From assembly GCA_964537475.1 (NCBI GenBank), contig CAZIBY010000002.1, forward strand, positions 209,331 through 273,330: DNA of 64,000 nucleotides, written 5' to 3'. This document shows, piece after piece, positions 9,192 through 19,496 of this stretch. Position numbers and translations under genes: made by a program. The notes beneath the pieces were generated by a model. The model worked only from the letters and a program-made list of their open reading frames with translations. It did not search any database and was not told the DNA's origin. Origin of the DNA: an uncultured Chitinophagaceae bacterium. GTDB taxonomy: Bacteria > Bacteroidota > Bacteroidia > Chitinophagales > LD1. Position 1 is the stretch's first letter, and each line of letters opens with the position of its first letter.

Positions 9192-11792
9192 TTAATGACC
9201 GGTGGTGAAGACCAGGCTGCCATCTTTGGCTGACACCTTGATATGGTCTCCTTTGTGCACCTGAGAGGAGAGTATCATCTTAGATATCTCATTCACCACT
9301 TCCTTCTGGATGGTCCTCTTCAGCGGGCGCGCGCCAAACTGCGGATCAAAACCCTCCTCTCCCAGCCAGTCCAGCGCTGAGTCGTCTATCTCCAGGGAGA
9401 TCTCCTTCTGCGTCAGCAGCTCCTGTATATATCCCAGCTGCAGGGCTACGATATCGCGTATCTGGCTCCGGAGCAGCGGGTGGAACATGATGATCTCATC
9501 TATCCTATTGAGAAACTCAGGACGCACCGTCTGTTTCAGCCTTTCCAGTACTTCCAGCTTGGTGGTCTCTGTGACTGCCATCAGGTTTTCCTCCTTCACA
9601 TGGTCAAAGTTTCGCTGGATGATATCGCTGCCGATATTGGAGGTCATGATCACGATCGTATTTTTAAAGTTGACCGTACGGCCTTTGTTATCTGTGAGAC
9701 GACCATCGTCCAATACTTGTAGCAAGGTGTTGAATACATCAGGATGTGCCTTCTCTATCTCATCAAAGAGGATGACACTGTACGGCTTGCGGCGCACGGC
9801 CTCAGTCAGCTGGCCTCCCTCATCATAGCCCACATATCCCGGAGGTGATCCTACGAGGCGGCTCACGCTATGCTTCTCCTGATACTCGCTCATGTCTATA
9901 CGGATCATCGCGCTCTCATCATTGAAGAGTACATAGCTGAGCGCCTTGCTCAGCTCTGTCTTACCCACACCGGTAGTACCGAGGAAGAGGAAAGAGCCTA
10001 TCGGCTTTCTCTCATCCTGCAGTCCTGCACGGCTGCGGCGGATAGCATCCGCTACGACTTCAATTGCTTCGTCCTGGCCTTTCACCCGCTCATGCAGGCG
10101 GTCCTCCAGGTGGAGCAGTTTTTCTTTCTCGCCCTCCAGCATACGTGTCACCGGTATGCCTGTCCACTTGCTGATGATCGCGGCAATATCCTCGCCGGTC
10201 ACCTCCTCGCGCATGGTACGTTTATCCGGAGAGATGGCTGCCAGGTCGCCTTCCAGCTTCTTTACATCAGCCTCGGCTTCCTTCATCTTGCCATAGCGTA
10301 TCTCTGCTACCTTGCCATAGTCGCCCTCGCGCTCATAGCGCTCAGCCTCCAGCTTGAGGTTCTCCAGCTCCTGGCGGCGGGCAGTGATCTTATTTACGAT
10401 CTCTTTTTCCTTTTGCCATTTCGCATTGAACTGGCTCCTCTCCTCTTTCAGATTGGCGAGCTCTTCTTTCAGCTCCTCCATCTTCTTTGTATCGTTTTCA
10501 CGCTTGATAGCCTCCAGCTCTATCTCTATCTGCATGATGCGGCGCTCTATGGCGTCCATCTCCTCAGGCAGTGAGTCCATCTCCATGCGGAGCTTGGCGG
10601 CGGCCTCGTCTATCAGGTCTATCGCCTTGTCCGGCAGGAAGCGGTCAGTGATATAGCGTGAGCTCAGCATCACCGACTGGATGATGGCGTCATCCTGTAT
10701 CTTGACCTTATGGTAGTTCTCATAGCGCTCCTTCAGTCCGCGCAGGATCGAGATGGCATCCTCCGGCGTAGGTTCATCTATCATTACCTTCTGGAAGCGG
10801 CGCTCCAGCGCTTTATCCTTCTCAAAGTATTTCTGGTATTCATTCAGCGTGGTCGCACCTATGGCGCGCAGCTCACCGCGGGCCAGTTCTGGTTTGATGA
10901 TATTGGCAGCGTCCATAGCGCCCTCCGTAGCGCCGGCACCCACGAGCGTGTGTATCTCATCTATGAAGAGGATGATCCGACCCTCGCTTTCTTTTACTTC
11001 CTTCACCACGCCCTTGAGCCTTTCCTCAAAGTCACCGCGATACTTCGCACCCGCCATCATAGCGCCCATGTCGAGCGCAAAGATGGTCTTGCTTTTCAGG
11101 TTCTCAGGCACGTCGCCCTTTACGATACGATGTGCGATACCTTCTGCTATAGCCGTCTTACCTACACCTGGCTCACCTACCAGCAGGGGGTTATTCTTCG
11201 TCTTGCGGCTGAGGATGTGCATCACACGGCGTATCTCCTCGTCACGGCCTATCACCGGATCGAGCCTGCCGCTCTTGGCCTGATTATTCAGGTTGATGGC
11301 ATATTTATCCAGTGAGTTGTAACGGGCATCTGCGCTCTGCTCAGATACCTTGGCTCCTTTGCGCAGCTCGAGTATGGCAGCACGGAGTTTCTTTTCCTCC
11401 AGGCCGGTTTCTTTGAGCAGCTTAGACGTATCATCGCCCACGCTGATCATAGCCAGTAGGAGCAGCTCTACACTGATATAGCTATCCTCAAAATCCTTGA
11501 GCAGCTTATTCGCTTGTAGTATCAGTTTTGAGAAACCTTGCGACGGTACGATATCCGCACTCTGGCCGGAGACTTTCGGCATGGCCTTGAGCTTCTCCTC
11601 CACTTTACCGAGGAGGATATTGCGGTTCACACCTGCTTTCTCCAGTACAAATGGCAGCGAATCCTGATCTCCATCCAGCATCGCCTTCAGGAGGTGCAGC
11701 GTATCCAGCTGAGGGTTGCCATTATTAAAAGCTTCTTGCTGGGCAGCGCTGACTGCCTCCAGCGCCTTTGTAGTTAAGTTGTTAAGATTCAT
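9192..11792 (-). CDS. clpB: ATP-dependent chaperone ClpB
   Basis: 866 aa with two AAA+ modules (GEPGVGKT and GTTGVGKT Walker A motifs), a long middle coiled coil and a Clp N-domain. Confidence 0.97.
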   Translation of the reverse strand: MNLNNLTTKALEAVSAAQQEAFNNGNPQLDTLHLLKAMLDGDQDSLPFVLEKAGVNRNILLGKVEEKLKAMPKVSGQSADIVPSQGFSKLILQANKLLKDFEDSYISVELLLLAMISVGDDTSKLLKETGLEEKKLRAAILELRKGAKVSEQSADARYNSLDKYAINLNNQAKSGRLDPVIGRDEEIRRVMHILSRKTKNNPLLVGEPGVGKTAIAEGIAHRIVKGDVPENLKSKTIFALDMGAMMAGAKYRGDFEERLKGVVKEVKESEGRIILFIDEIHTLVGAGATEGAMDAANIIKPELARGELRAIGATTLNEYQKYFEKDKALERRFQKVMIDEPTPEDAISILRGLKERYENYHKVKIQDDAIIQSVMLSSRYITDRFLPDKAIDLIDEAAAKLRMEMDSLPEEMDAIERRIMQIEIELEAIKRENDTKKMEELKEELANLKEERSQFNAKWQKEKEIVNKITARRQELENLKLEAERYEREGDYGKVAEIRYGKMKEAEADVKKLEGDLAAISPDKRTMREEVTGEDIAAIISKWTGIPVTRMLEGEKEKLLHLEDRLHERVKGQDEAIEVVADAIRRSRAGLQDERKPIGSFLFLGTTGVGKTELSKALSYVLFNDESAMIRIDMSEYQEKHSVSRLVGSPPGYVGYDEGGQLTEAVRRKPYSVILFDEIEKAHPDVFNTLLQVLDDGRLTDNKGRTVNFKNTIVIMTSNIGSDIIQRNFDHVKEENLMAVTETTKLEVLERLKQTVRPEFLNRIDEIIMFHPLLRSQIRDIVALQLGYIQELLTQKEISLEIDDSALDWLGEEGFDPQFGARPLKRTIQKEVVNEISKMILSSQVHKGDHIKVSAKDGSLVFTTGH

Positions 11793-11903
11793 AGTTGGTA
11801 TTTGTTTTATGATCGCGACCGGACTACCCGGTTCGCACGCCGGACGTATAGCAAAATACTCACCATCTCACCAATGGGGAAATTTTGTCAGGCAAAACAA
11901 ATA

Positions 11904-11920
11904 TCAGACTGACAGTCTGA
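11904..11920. promoter_or_regulatory. perfect 8-1-8 palindrome upstream of clpB (candidate operator)
   Basis: tcagactg a cagtctga, about 110-130 nt upstream of the clpB ATG. The 1-nt spacer argues against an RNA hairpin. Confidence 0.3.
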
Positions 11921-11974
11921 CTATGACGAGCATCAAAAGACTGCAAAAATGACAATGACAGGTATCAGGAAGCC

Positions 11975-13267
11975 TTATAGAATAGGATTATCGATAAAGT
12001 ACCGCACATGCCCTCCTTCAGACTTAGACTGCTCCTTCAGACGCACCAGGTGCTCCGGACGGTCAGAGATGATGAAGTTGATATAGTCATCGTGTATGAA
12101 GCCCTTCTTCAGATCTTTGTACTTATCGGCCTCGTAGGAGTTGATCACTGAGAGGTAGACCTTATGATTTTTGAGGTAGTAGCTGGCCATGCCCTTGAGG
12201 AGCGTTTTGACGGAGCCCCTATCACCCACCAGGTGTATAGGGTATAGCAGCCTGTCTGTCAGTTTGAGTGAGGCGAGGAACTTAAACAGTCCCTTAGGAT
12301 TCTCCAGCGTGAGCGCAAAGTAGTCGCCCCAGTTCATAGCTACCCCTGCGGCCGCTATATTACCCTTGGCATCAGGTATCATCCAGACCTTGCTGGTCTT
12401 AGAGTACTTAGTGATGTTCTCTATGAGCTTCAGCCAGAGGTCCTCTGAGTGGATGTTGCTGAATACATAGTCGCGCTTCTCCGCCATCAGCATCTTGTAC
12501 ATCTCTTTCAGCTTTGGTATATCATGTGTGATATCTACCATTTGCTTTGCAGCGCTCTTGCTGCCATAGAGTTTATTGATCACCTGATCGGTGCGCATAG
12601 AGAAGGTCTCGAAGTGCTTGTTGTACTTCTTGCTATTCATCACCAGCGCATCGTGTATGGCCTTGTTTTGCTTGCCCATAGAGGCATAGGCAAAGTGTAC
12701 ACCATACACCTCCACCAGGCTGTGCAGCACCGAGAATATCATCGTAAAGATCTTCTTGCGGCGGTAGACTTTGACTCCCCCGGCAGAGCGCTCGCTGATG
12801 CGGAGCATATTGTAGTAGAAGCCTTCATGCAGGCTGCCGTCCCGGTCGCGCAGGTCAAAGATATTGGCATGTATATAGCCTACCAGCCAGTAGTCTTTTA
12901 GTCCATTGGCATTGGTCTCGTCCTTAGGCTCCAGCGCCACGACCACTATAGCGCGGTCGTTGATATGGATCACAGACTCAGGGAAGTTGTGGAAGTAAGC
13001 CTGAAAGGAGAAGCCTCCGCTGCCTCCCTCCTCCTGATGGCTCTCCGCGGCAGAGATCACGCTGCGGCACTGCTCATAGAAGTAGTTGGTATCGTCTCTC
13101 AGGCCGAAGAGCTTGAGTATCTTGTCTGCATTGTGCAGCTCACTGATGTGAAATGCCAGAAGTACGAGCTCTTTGTCATAGAGGTCTTCAGATTCTATAT
13201 TGACCTTCTGTACCTGATAGCCGGTAGCGGCGGTGCCGGTCACATAGTTGTAGCTGCGTTGCTTCAT
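11975..13267 (-). CDS. hypothetical protein, possibly with two GNAT-like halves
   Basis: 430-aa ORF. Two segments (VYRRKKIFTMIFSVLHSLVEVYGV and GDRGSVKTLLKGMASYYLKNHKV) resemble GNAT motif A. This is a weak assignment. Confidence 0.55.
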   Translation of the reverse strand: MKQRSYNYVTGTAATGYQVQKVNIESEDLYDKELVLLAFHISELHNADKILKLFGLRDDTNYFYEQCRSVISAAESHQEEGGSGGFSFQAYFHNFPESVIHINDRAIVVVALEPKDETNANGLKDYWLVGYIHANIFDLRDRDGSLHEGFYYNMLRISERSAGGVKVYRRKKIFTMIFSVLHSLVEVYGVHFAYASMGKQNKAIHDALVMNSKKYNKHFETFSMRTDQVINKLYGSKSAAKQMVDITHDIPKLKEMYKMLMAEKRDYVFSNIHSEDLWLKLIENITKYSKTSKVWMIPDAKGNIAAAGVAMNWGDYFALTLENPKGLFKFLASLKLTDRLLYPIHLVGDRGSVKTLLKGMASYYLKNHKVYLSVINSYEADKYKDLKKGFIHDDYINFIISDRPEHLVRLKEQSKSEGGHVRYFIDNPIL

Positions 13268-13322
13268 TTATACGGGAGATTTTGGCCGAAAATTAGTGCT
13301 TTCACAGGAAAAAAGAAGCATT

Positions 13323-13538
13323 TCAATAGAAAGTTCCTAGCACAGGGATGAAATTCCCTCCACGGGTGTATGTGTATATCGCCAATCCGATCAAAAAGAT
13401 ACTGAAGGCAAGGATCGCCGCATAGTACCACCTGATAGCTGTATGAGCGGCCTTTTTCTCCTGTGTCAAGCCTATGATGGCCAGAGGGAAACAGCAGCAG
13501 ATGGCTACGATACGCAGGCGGTGTACGGAGGAGGTCAT
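13323..13538 (-). CDS. small two-TM membrane protein
   Basis: 71 aa with two hydrophobic helices. ATGA-coupled to the upstream 568-aa membrane protein gene (tcat at 13535-13538). Confidence 0.5.
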   Translation of the reverse strand: MTSSVHRLRIVAICCCFPLAIIGLTQEKKAAHTAIRWYYAAILAFSIFLIGLAIYTYTRGGNFIPVLGTFY

Positions 13539-15241
13539 GCTTTCTTTTTAACAGAATACAAATAAATGCTCCACCAGCTATCCTTGTCTACAAAAAGCTT
13601 CTCCAGGTGCAGGCCGATGTCTTCTGCATTCCTGATCTCTACGCCGGACAGGATGTATTTGCCCCCCATATCCCTGAATGCTCCCGTATCAAAAGTAAAA
13701 TGGCTGATACTCCTGTGGTCAAATTTAGAGCAGTTGATGTCCTTATTCTTGATACCCAGCTCAGCGCTGAAGACATAGCACCTATTGCCCCACCCATCAA
13801 AGTACTGCTGCAGGTCCGGGCTTTTATCCACCTCTCCCGCTATGATACGGCGAAAGTAGGTCTTGTAGCGCAGGTCATAGATAGACAGCAGGCCGTCGAG
13901 CGTGTACATGCCATTATACCAGGCTATGCTCGGGCTGATGCCCAGGCTGACTACGGCATAGCTGTCTACAGGCTCATGTATGTAGGCCTTGATCGAGTCA
14001 AACTGGTTTACCGCCATATAGTTTTTGAACGTAGGAAACTTCTGGTGCCCGAGCATGGTACGGTAGTCATGCAGCACCTCATCGTTGCCATAGAGCGCTA
14101 TGACCAGCTGGATGAGCAGGAAGGGCAGCACCAGCCAGCGCAGCGCACGAGTCCTGTTCATAGTCTGCAGGGCCAGTGCAAAAGACAATACCCATATCAG
14201 TGGCAGCAGGATAGAAAAACGATTGAACCGGAAACTTTTGAGAAAGGCAAATTTATTCATCAGCGCATACTCGCCGAAACTATAGAACGCCTGTACAAAG
14301 CATATAGCAATGATGGCCCAGAAAAGGATGGTGGGTAGTGTGGCCTTCCTGTGGAGGGTGAGCCCCATAGCGATCATGATAATGATGGGCGCAAAAGTAG
14401 CCACATGATAGTGCGAGAAGAAGAACAACACAGCAAACTCGCCAATGGACTGGAGCATATTAGGCTTCTCCAGCATGTATAGATTGTATGCCAGCCTGTG
14501 CGAGATAAAGTCAGGATTGAGCACAGAGAGGCTGAGCATGGGCAGGTTGACTAGTATATAGCCTACCACCAGCAGCACACCACCTGCTACCAGGTGCACG
14601 CTGATCTGCTCGCGCTGATAGAAGTACCACACCGCCACCGCGAGCAATACCTCAAACGGCACTACGAGCCACACCATGGACGAGTAAAAGGGAAACAAGA
14701 TAATGATAGCATAGCTCAGCCCTATACGTATCCTGTCCTGCAGGTTGAGAAAAGCCCAGAAGAGCAACGGCTGACCCAGTACCGTGAGACCAAAAGGAAT
14801 GTACACAGGCAGGACTACAAAGGTCAGCGCACAGAGATAGATGATATACCGGTCCTGCGGATCTTTGACAAAGTAATCTCTCAGTACCAGTACCATGCCT
14901 ACAAATCCGATGATGCGTATCAGGATGCCGCTCACGATATAGGCCCTGTACATACCGAGCCATATCACCAGCAGCATATTGACGGAGAGGCCCGTGGGCA
15001 TCACATTGCGCGGTATGCCCTGCATCACTTGCGGCACCCGTACCCAGCTATAGATACCAAAGGAAGTATGGCTCTGCGCCATGAGCTGTAGCCATATCCA
15101 CTCGCCCTCCAGGGTGTCATGCAGGCGTATATAGCAGTTGTCTCCCAGTATCAGGTATGGCAGCAGCATGATGATAGCTACTATAGCTATCACCGCTATG
15201 GTGAGCTTCATAAATCTGCTCTGTGCACCTACCGCCGGCAT
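13535..15241 (-). CDS. large polytopic membrane protein with a C-terminal soluble domain, function unknown
   Basis: 568-aa ORF with more than 10 hydrophobic segments. An alternative start is MKLTIAV at 15211. Confidence 0.65.
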   Translation of the reverse strand: MPAVGAQSRFMKLTIAVIAIVAIIMLLPYLILGDNCYIRLHDTLEGEWIWLQLMAQSHTSFGIYSWVRVPQVMQGIPRNVMPTGLSVNMLLVIWLGMYRAYIVSGILIRIIGFVGMVLVLRDYFVKDPQDRYIIYLCALTFVVLPVYIPFGLTVLGQPLLFWAFLNLQDRIRIGLSYAIIILFPFYSSMVWLVVPFEVLLAVAVWYFYQREQISVHLVAGGVLLVVGYILVNLPMLSLSVLNPDFISHRLAYNLYMLEKPNMLQSIGEFAVLFFFSHYHVATFAPIIIMIAMGLTLHRKATLPTILFWAIIAICFVQAFYSFGEYALMNKFAFLKSFRFNRFSILLPLIWVLSFALALQTMNRTRALRWLVLPFLLIQLVIALYGNDEVLHDYRTMLGHQKFPTFKNYMAVNQFDSIKAYIHEPVDSYAVVSLGISPSIAWYNGMYTLDGLLSIYDLRYKTYFRRIIAGEVDKSPDLQQYFDGWGNRCYVFSAELGIKNKDINCSKFDHRSISHFTFDTGAFRDMGGKYILSGVEIRNAEDIGLHLEKLFVDKDSWWSIYLYSVKKKA

Positions 15242-15320
15242 AGTGAGTAAAGTAAATTAATCTTGCAGAAGGTATAAAAAACAAGTGAGATAAGTTCTCC
15301 ACCGCCGGTAGTGCGTCGCC

Positions 15321-15854
15321 TCAGGCTACTGCCTGCAGCGTGCGCCATACCTGGTTTTCGTGGCGGTCATAGTGGGCCTCCATAAAGGATAACATCTGCT
15401 TAAAATTCAGCATTCCTACAGCGGGATGTTTAAACCAGCCGTGGTCCAGCAGGTCAGGCGGCATAGCGGCGATCGTATCGCGCATATCCTGCCGCACCGT
15501 ATTCCATTGTGTGCGTATATCCTCCAGATGGGCCTGCTTCAGCACCGGTGCCACAGAGGACGGCGCCGGAAATTTCTTGGGGCTGCGCAGATAGTTGTCC
15601 AGCATCAGCGAGCGAAACCACTGCTTGACGCCCGTCCTTGTAGCTGAGCTTTTGTCCAGTGATTTCTTCTTGACATAAGTAGTCGCAGCCATCTCTACTG
15701 TCATCATATGCTCCAGCGTCTGGACGGCAGACCACGCCTCTGCAGATGGCTTCTTATTCAGCGCCGCATGATCGTATCCCGCTAGTTTATCAAACATAGC
15801 TATGCGTTTGCGCTCCAGTGCATCTATCCTGCTATTGAGTTTGGCATGTGTCAT
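15321..15854 (-). CDS. DinB-family protein
   Basis: Start MTHAKL at 15854 is ATGA-coupled to the upstream thioesterase stop. 'WSAVQTLEHM' and the C-terminal 'EAHYDRH' match the DinB His-triad pattern. Confidence 0.65.
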   Translation of the reverse strand: MTHAKLNSRIDALERKRIAMFDKLAGYDHAALNKKPSAEAWSAVQTLEHMMTVEMAATTYVKKKSLDKSSATRTGVKQWFRSLMLDNYLRSPKKFPAPSSVAPVLKQAHLEDIRTQWNTVRQDMRDTIAAMPPDLLDHGWFKHPAVGMLNFKQMLSFMEAHYDRHENQVWRTLQAVA

Positions 15855-16306
15855 ACCTGCTTCTTTGATTTTTCTGTCCATTCAAATTCCTGCGCCTTGG
15901 GGAAAGCATCGAATGCCTGTACCAGCTCTGCGCCCGGCACTATCAGCTTGCGCTCTGCCGTACTAAACCAGGCACCATCCACATTGATGATAGCTGCGAG
16001 TGTGCCATCTTCTTTCACGAGGCTATGACGCAGCGACCAGCGGCTGTAGTCCGGCGTAGCGCTGACGATCTCTACATTGATGGTCACCTTGTCCTCAAAT
16101 TTTATCTCCCGCTTGAACAGAGCCTCCTCACGGAAAAGTATCGGCCCATTCTGATTCGCTTTCATCCACTGCATATCTATGCCCTGCGCCGCCAGAAAGA
16201 CAATGCGCATCCACGCACCGTAGTCATAAAAAGCCGAGTGCCTCATGTGGTTATTGGCGTCTATATCTGACCACCTGATCTGTATGGGGAGGGTGTATGA
16301 TTCCAT
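15851..16306 (-). CDS. acyl-CoA thioesterase (hotdog fold, 4HBT/YbgC-like)
   Basis: 151 aa with the N-terminal 'IRWSDIDANNHMRHSAFYDY' motif typical of 4HBT thioesterases. Confidence 0.75.
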   Translation of the reverse strand: MESYTLPIQIRWSDIDANNHMRHSAFYDYGAWMRIVFLAAQGIDMQWMKANQNGPILFREEALFKREIKFEDKVTINVEIVSATPDYSRWSLRHSLVKEDGTLAAIINVDGAWFSTAERKLIVPGAELVQAFDAFPKAQEFEWTEKSKKQV

Positions 16307-16453
16307 CGCATGTCAATGATAGTGTTAAATGTGATAACACAGAAATCAGAATCGCCGAACACCACATAGCGTTCACCTCAATTTTAGTTAAAGCCCTTAG
16401 CGTATTGGCGTAATAGTGCATCTTTACCGATAAATTATACAACTGTCATCTCA

Positions 16454-16906
16454 ATGAAAAAGGCACTCCTGATCTTTGCCTCTCTGGGCCTCATAGGCAC
16501 CATGGCCATATCCTGCAATAAGAGTAACCTCGATCAGCCCGGATTTCCCGGTCTTCGCTTCGCAGGCAGCAATAAAGAATACGTGACCGATACGGCATAC
16601 TACACCCGTAGCCTGGGCACTACTATATATGGCCAGATAGGCGGCGGCACAGTGGTGAGGCTGGTACTACCACATACAGATACTATCGGTAGCGTCTCGC
16701 TGGATACCACCTACAATACGGCCTACTTTCTGGATGGTGTCACCACCTGGCAGTCTGTCAGCGGGACCTGCAATATCACACAGTATTTCCAGGATTCCCT
16801 GCATACCATCACGGGTACATTTGATTTTGTAGGTAGGGATATATCAGACCACAGCAAGACCACACAGATACAGTACGGTTACTTCAACGGCATACCATAC
16901 CACTAA
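16454..16906 (+). CDS. lipoprotein, function unknown
   Basis: Signal peptide with a lipobox-like 'MAISC'. 150 aa. Confidence 0.55.
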   Translation: MKKALLIFASLGLIGTMAISCNKSNLDQPGFPGLRFAGSNKEYVTDTAYYTRSLGTTIYGQIGGGTVVRLVLPHTDTIGSVSLDTTYNTAYFLDGVTTWQSVSGTCNITQYFQDSLHTITGTFDFVGRDISDHSKTTQIQYGYFNGIPYH

Positions 16907-16928
16907 ACATAAACTGAACACAAACCCC

Positions 16929-16957
16929 AAGCCCGGAATCCTGCCGGGCTTTTTTGT
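16929..16957 (+). terminator. intrinsic terminator
   Basis: gcccgg-aatcctg-ccgggc hairpin followed by tttttt. Confidence 0.6.
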
Positions 16958-17050
16958 TTCCGACCACATCACTAAACCATCCAGTTTCCTATCAATATAC
17001 CAGCTCAAAGAGCCGCGACCGTTCAGCTACAAGTCTCAAGCTGACCTAAA

Positions 17051-17079
17051 AACAAAAGGCGAACCGGAGTTCGCCTTTC
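17051..17079 (-). terminator. intrinsic terminator of tuf
   Basis: aaaggcgaac-cgga-gttcgccttt hairpin. The minus strand reads the hairpin followed by ttttgttttt. Confidence 0.65.
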
Positions 17080-17100
17080 ATTATTATGTTGATCTTGTGA

Positions 17101-18297
17101 TTACTTGATCACTTCTGTCACCTGACCTGCACCTACGGTACGGCCACCTTCACGGATCGCAAAGCGGAGACCTTTCTCCATTGCGATAGGGTAGATCAGC
17201 TTCACGTCCAGTGTTACGTTGTCACCAGGCATTACCATCTCAGTGCCAGCAGGCAGAGTGATAGTACCAGTCACGTCTGTAGTACGGAAGTAGAACTGAG
17301 GACGATACTCGTTGAAGAACGGAGTGTGACGGCCACCTTCGTCCTTGCTAAGTACGTATACTTCGCACTTGAACTCAGAGTGAGGGTTTACAGAGCCTGG
17401 CTTGCAAACAACCATACCACGCTTGATCTGCTCTTTTTCTATACCACGGAGGAGGAGACCTACGTTGTCACCAGCTTCGCCGCGATCGAGGATCTTACGG
17501 AACATTTCCACACCTGTCACAGTAGATGTGAGAGCCTTCTCACCTTCCTTCTGCAGACCGATGATTTCTACCGGATCGTTAGAGTTGATCACACCACGCT
17601 CGATACGACCTGTAGCTACTGTACCACGACCTGTGATAGAGAACACGTCTTCTACCGGCATCAGGAACGGCTGGTCTACAGCGCGAGGAGGAACCGGGAT
17701 GAAGGTATCAACAGCTTCCATCAGCTCGTCGATCTTCTTTACCCACTTTTCTTCGCCATTCAGGCCACCCAGGGCAGAGCCTTGGATCACCGGCGTCTTA
17801 TCACCTTCGAAACCGTAGAAGGTCAGGAGGTCACGGATCTCCATTTCGCCGAGCTCAAGGAACTCAGGATCTTCTACCAGGTCTACTTTATTCATGAATA
17901 CTACCAGCTTTGGCACGCCTACCTGACGGCAGAGCAGGATGTGCTCACGAGTCTGAGGCATAGGGCCGTCAGTCGCAGCTACCACCACGATAGCACCGTC
18001 CATCTGGGCGGCACCAGTTACCATGTTCTTGATATAATCGGCGTGGCCCGGGCAATCCACGTGAGCATAGTGACGGTTTGCCGTCTGGTACTCTACGTGA
18101 GCTGTGTTGATCGTGATACCACGTTCTTTTTCCTCAGGAGCGTTATCTATCGAAGAGTAGTCACGCACTTCAGCGAGGCCCTTCTTAGACAGTACAGTAG
18201 TGATCGCAGCAGTAAGGGTCGTCTTACCGTGGTCAACGTGACCGATGGTACCAATGTTTACGTGCGGCTTGTCTTTGATAAATTTCTCTTTAGCCAT
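17101..18297 (-). CDS. tuf: elongation factor Tu
   Basis: 398 aa with [18 protein letters not shown] and NKVD GTPase motifs. Unmistakable EF-Tu sequence. Confidence 0.98.
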   Translation of the reverse strand: MAKEKFIKDKPHVNIGTIGHVDHGKTTLTAAITTVLSKKGLAEVRDYSSIDNAPEEKERGITINTAHVEYQTANRHYAHVDCPGHADYIKNMVTGAAQMDGAIVVVAATDGPMPQTREHILLCRQVGVPKLVVFMNKVDLVEDPEFLELGEMEIRDLLTFYGFEGDKTPVIQGSALGGLNGEEKWVKKIDELMEAVDTFIPVPPRAVDQPFLMPVEDVFSITGRGTVATGRIERGVINSNDPVEIIGLQKEGEKALTSTVTGVEMFRKILDRGEAGDNVGLLLRGIEKEQIKRGMVVCKPGSVNPHSEFKCEVYVLSKDEGGRHTPFFNEYRPQFYFRTTDVTGTITLPAGTEMVMPGDNVTLDVKLIYPIAMEKGLRFAIREGGRTVGAGQVTEVIK

Positions 18298-18384
18298 TGT
18301 TATTGTTTTTTAATTGTTGTTTTAAATTCTTTATGTTTTAATAAAATTCCAGCTCCGTATATCTTGCTCCACTATTTATTAAAA

Positions 18385-18459
<75 letters not shown>

Positions 18460-18504
18460 TTTTCGCACTATCGGCACAGATCTGATCTGTGTCTCCGTTG
18501 CTAC

Positions 18505-18580
18505 TGGAGCGGGAGACGAGGTTCGAACCCGCGACCTACAGCTTGGAAGGCTGTCGCTCTACCAGCTGAGCTACTCCCGC
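18505..18580 (-). tRNA. tRNA-Gly (anticodon TCC)
   Basis: Reverse complement GCGGGAG...CTTCCAA...GGTTCGAACC...CTCCCGCTCCA. Confidence 0.9.
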
Positions 18581-18617
18581 ATACTAAGCGATGAGCGGAA
18601 GATCATTAAAAAAAGTG

Positions 18618-18700
18618 TGGGCAGGCGTGGATTCGAACCACGGAACTCCGAAGAGGACAGATTTACAGTCTGTTGTCGTTGGCCACTTGACTACCTACCC
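18618..18700 (-). tRNA. tRNA-Tyr (anticodon GTA), long variable arm
   Basis: Reverse complement GGGTAGG... with anticodon loop CTGTAAA, extra arm CCTCTTCGGAG and T-loop GGTTCGAATCC. Confidence 0.9.
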
Positions 18701-18722
18701 GTCGCCATTAAGGAGATTATAG

Positions 18723-18795
18723 AGCCGAAGGAGGGAATCGAACCCCCGACCTACTGATTACAAATCAGTAGCTCTACCAGCTGAGCTACTTCGGC
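18723..18795 (-). tRNA. tRNA-Thr (anticodon TGT)
   Basis: Reverse complement GCCGAAG... with anticodon loop TTTGTAA and T-loop GGTTCGATTCC. Confidence 0.9.
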
Positions 18796-18932
18796 TTATT
18801 TCTTACGCTCATCTATTCTGTCAAACAACGAATTTTCCCGCCCTTTCGTAAACGGGACGCAAGTATAGTGACATATTTTCATTTTGCAAAACACCCCTTA
18901 CTATTTTCTCCACAAATTTTGTGTATAAAGCA

Positions 18933-18967
18933 GCGGCCCCGTATACACTCTCTGCATACGGGGCCGC
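18933..18967 (-). terminator. intrinsic terminator downstream of hpf
   Basis: 12-bp perfect stem gcggccccgtat / atacggggccgc with an 11-nt loop. Confidence 0.6.
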
Positions 18968-18993
18968 AATTATAAGATTATCTCAAAAATGGC

Positions 18994-19293
18994 TCAGACT
19001 GCCCTGGCCTTTTCCTTCTGCTTCTTCAGCTGGCGTGACATGGTGTCTATAGCCAGGTCTGTGCTTTCTTCAAAGGTCTTGGACGTCTCACACACGAATA
19101 TCGTCTTGCCCGGGACGTGCAGCTTTATCTCCACCGTCTTGTCCTTGATATTTTGCTTCGTATCCATTTTGAGGAAAACCTCCGCCTCTACGATGCGATC
19201 AAAGAACGTTTCCAGTTTCTGGAGCTTTTTATTTACAAAAGAGATGAGCTGTGTAGATGCGTCAAACCGCACCGGATGAATGACAATGTTCAT
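18994..19293 (-). CDS. hpf: ribosome hibernation-promoting factor / RaiA family
   Basis: 99 aa. 'FDASTQLISFVNKKLQKLETFFDRI' and 'LAIDTMSRQLKKQKEK' are typical of the short HPF family. Confidence 0.9.
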   Translation of the reverse strand: MNIVIHPVRFDASTQLISFVNKKLQKLETFFDRIVEAEVFLKMDTKQNIKDKTVEIKLHVPGKTIFVCETSKTFEESTDLAIDTMSRQLKKQKEKARAV

Positions 19294-19353
19294 AATTGCT
19301 CGATTTTAATGATGAAAAATTGTTGTTTGAAACTACTAAACAGGGTCGACTTT

Positions 19354-19361
19354 CAAAATTA
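19354..19361 (-). promoter_or_regulatory. possible Bacteroidota -7 box (TAATTTTG) for hpf
   Basis: Minus-strand taattttg matches TAnnTTTG about 60 nt upstream of the hpf ATG. Confidence 0.25.
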
Positions 19362-19496
19362 TTTTACGCAAAAAATATCAAAAAGTTAACAAATTGTTTG
19401 CTGTCTATTTTTGAAAACAAACCATTGACTGTCATAGTACTAAAAACGTACCATGCCCCACCTTCATTGTAATTTTTGAGACATTTTAGGTGCCCG

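Noticed and set aside
11846-11857. A 12-nt string attttgctatac shared by the clpB upstream region (minus strand) and the response-regulator upstream region (34176-34187).
   Set aside because: A single shared 12-mer pair is expected by chance many times in 2 x 64 kb. The distances to the start codons also differ (about 55 nt versus 19 nt).
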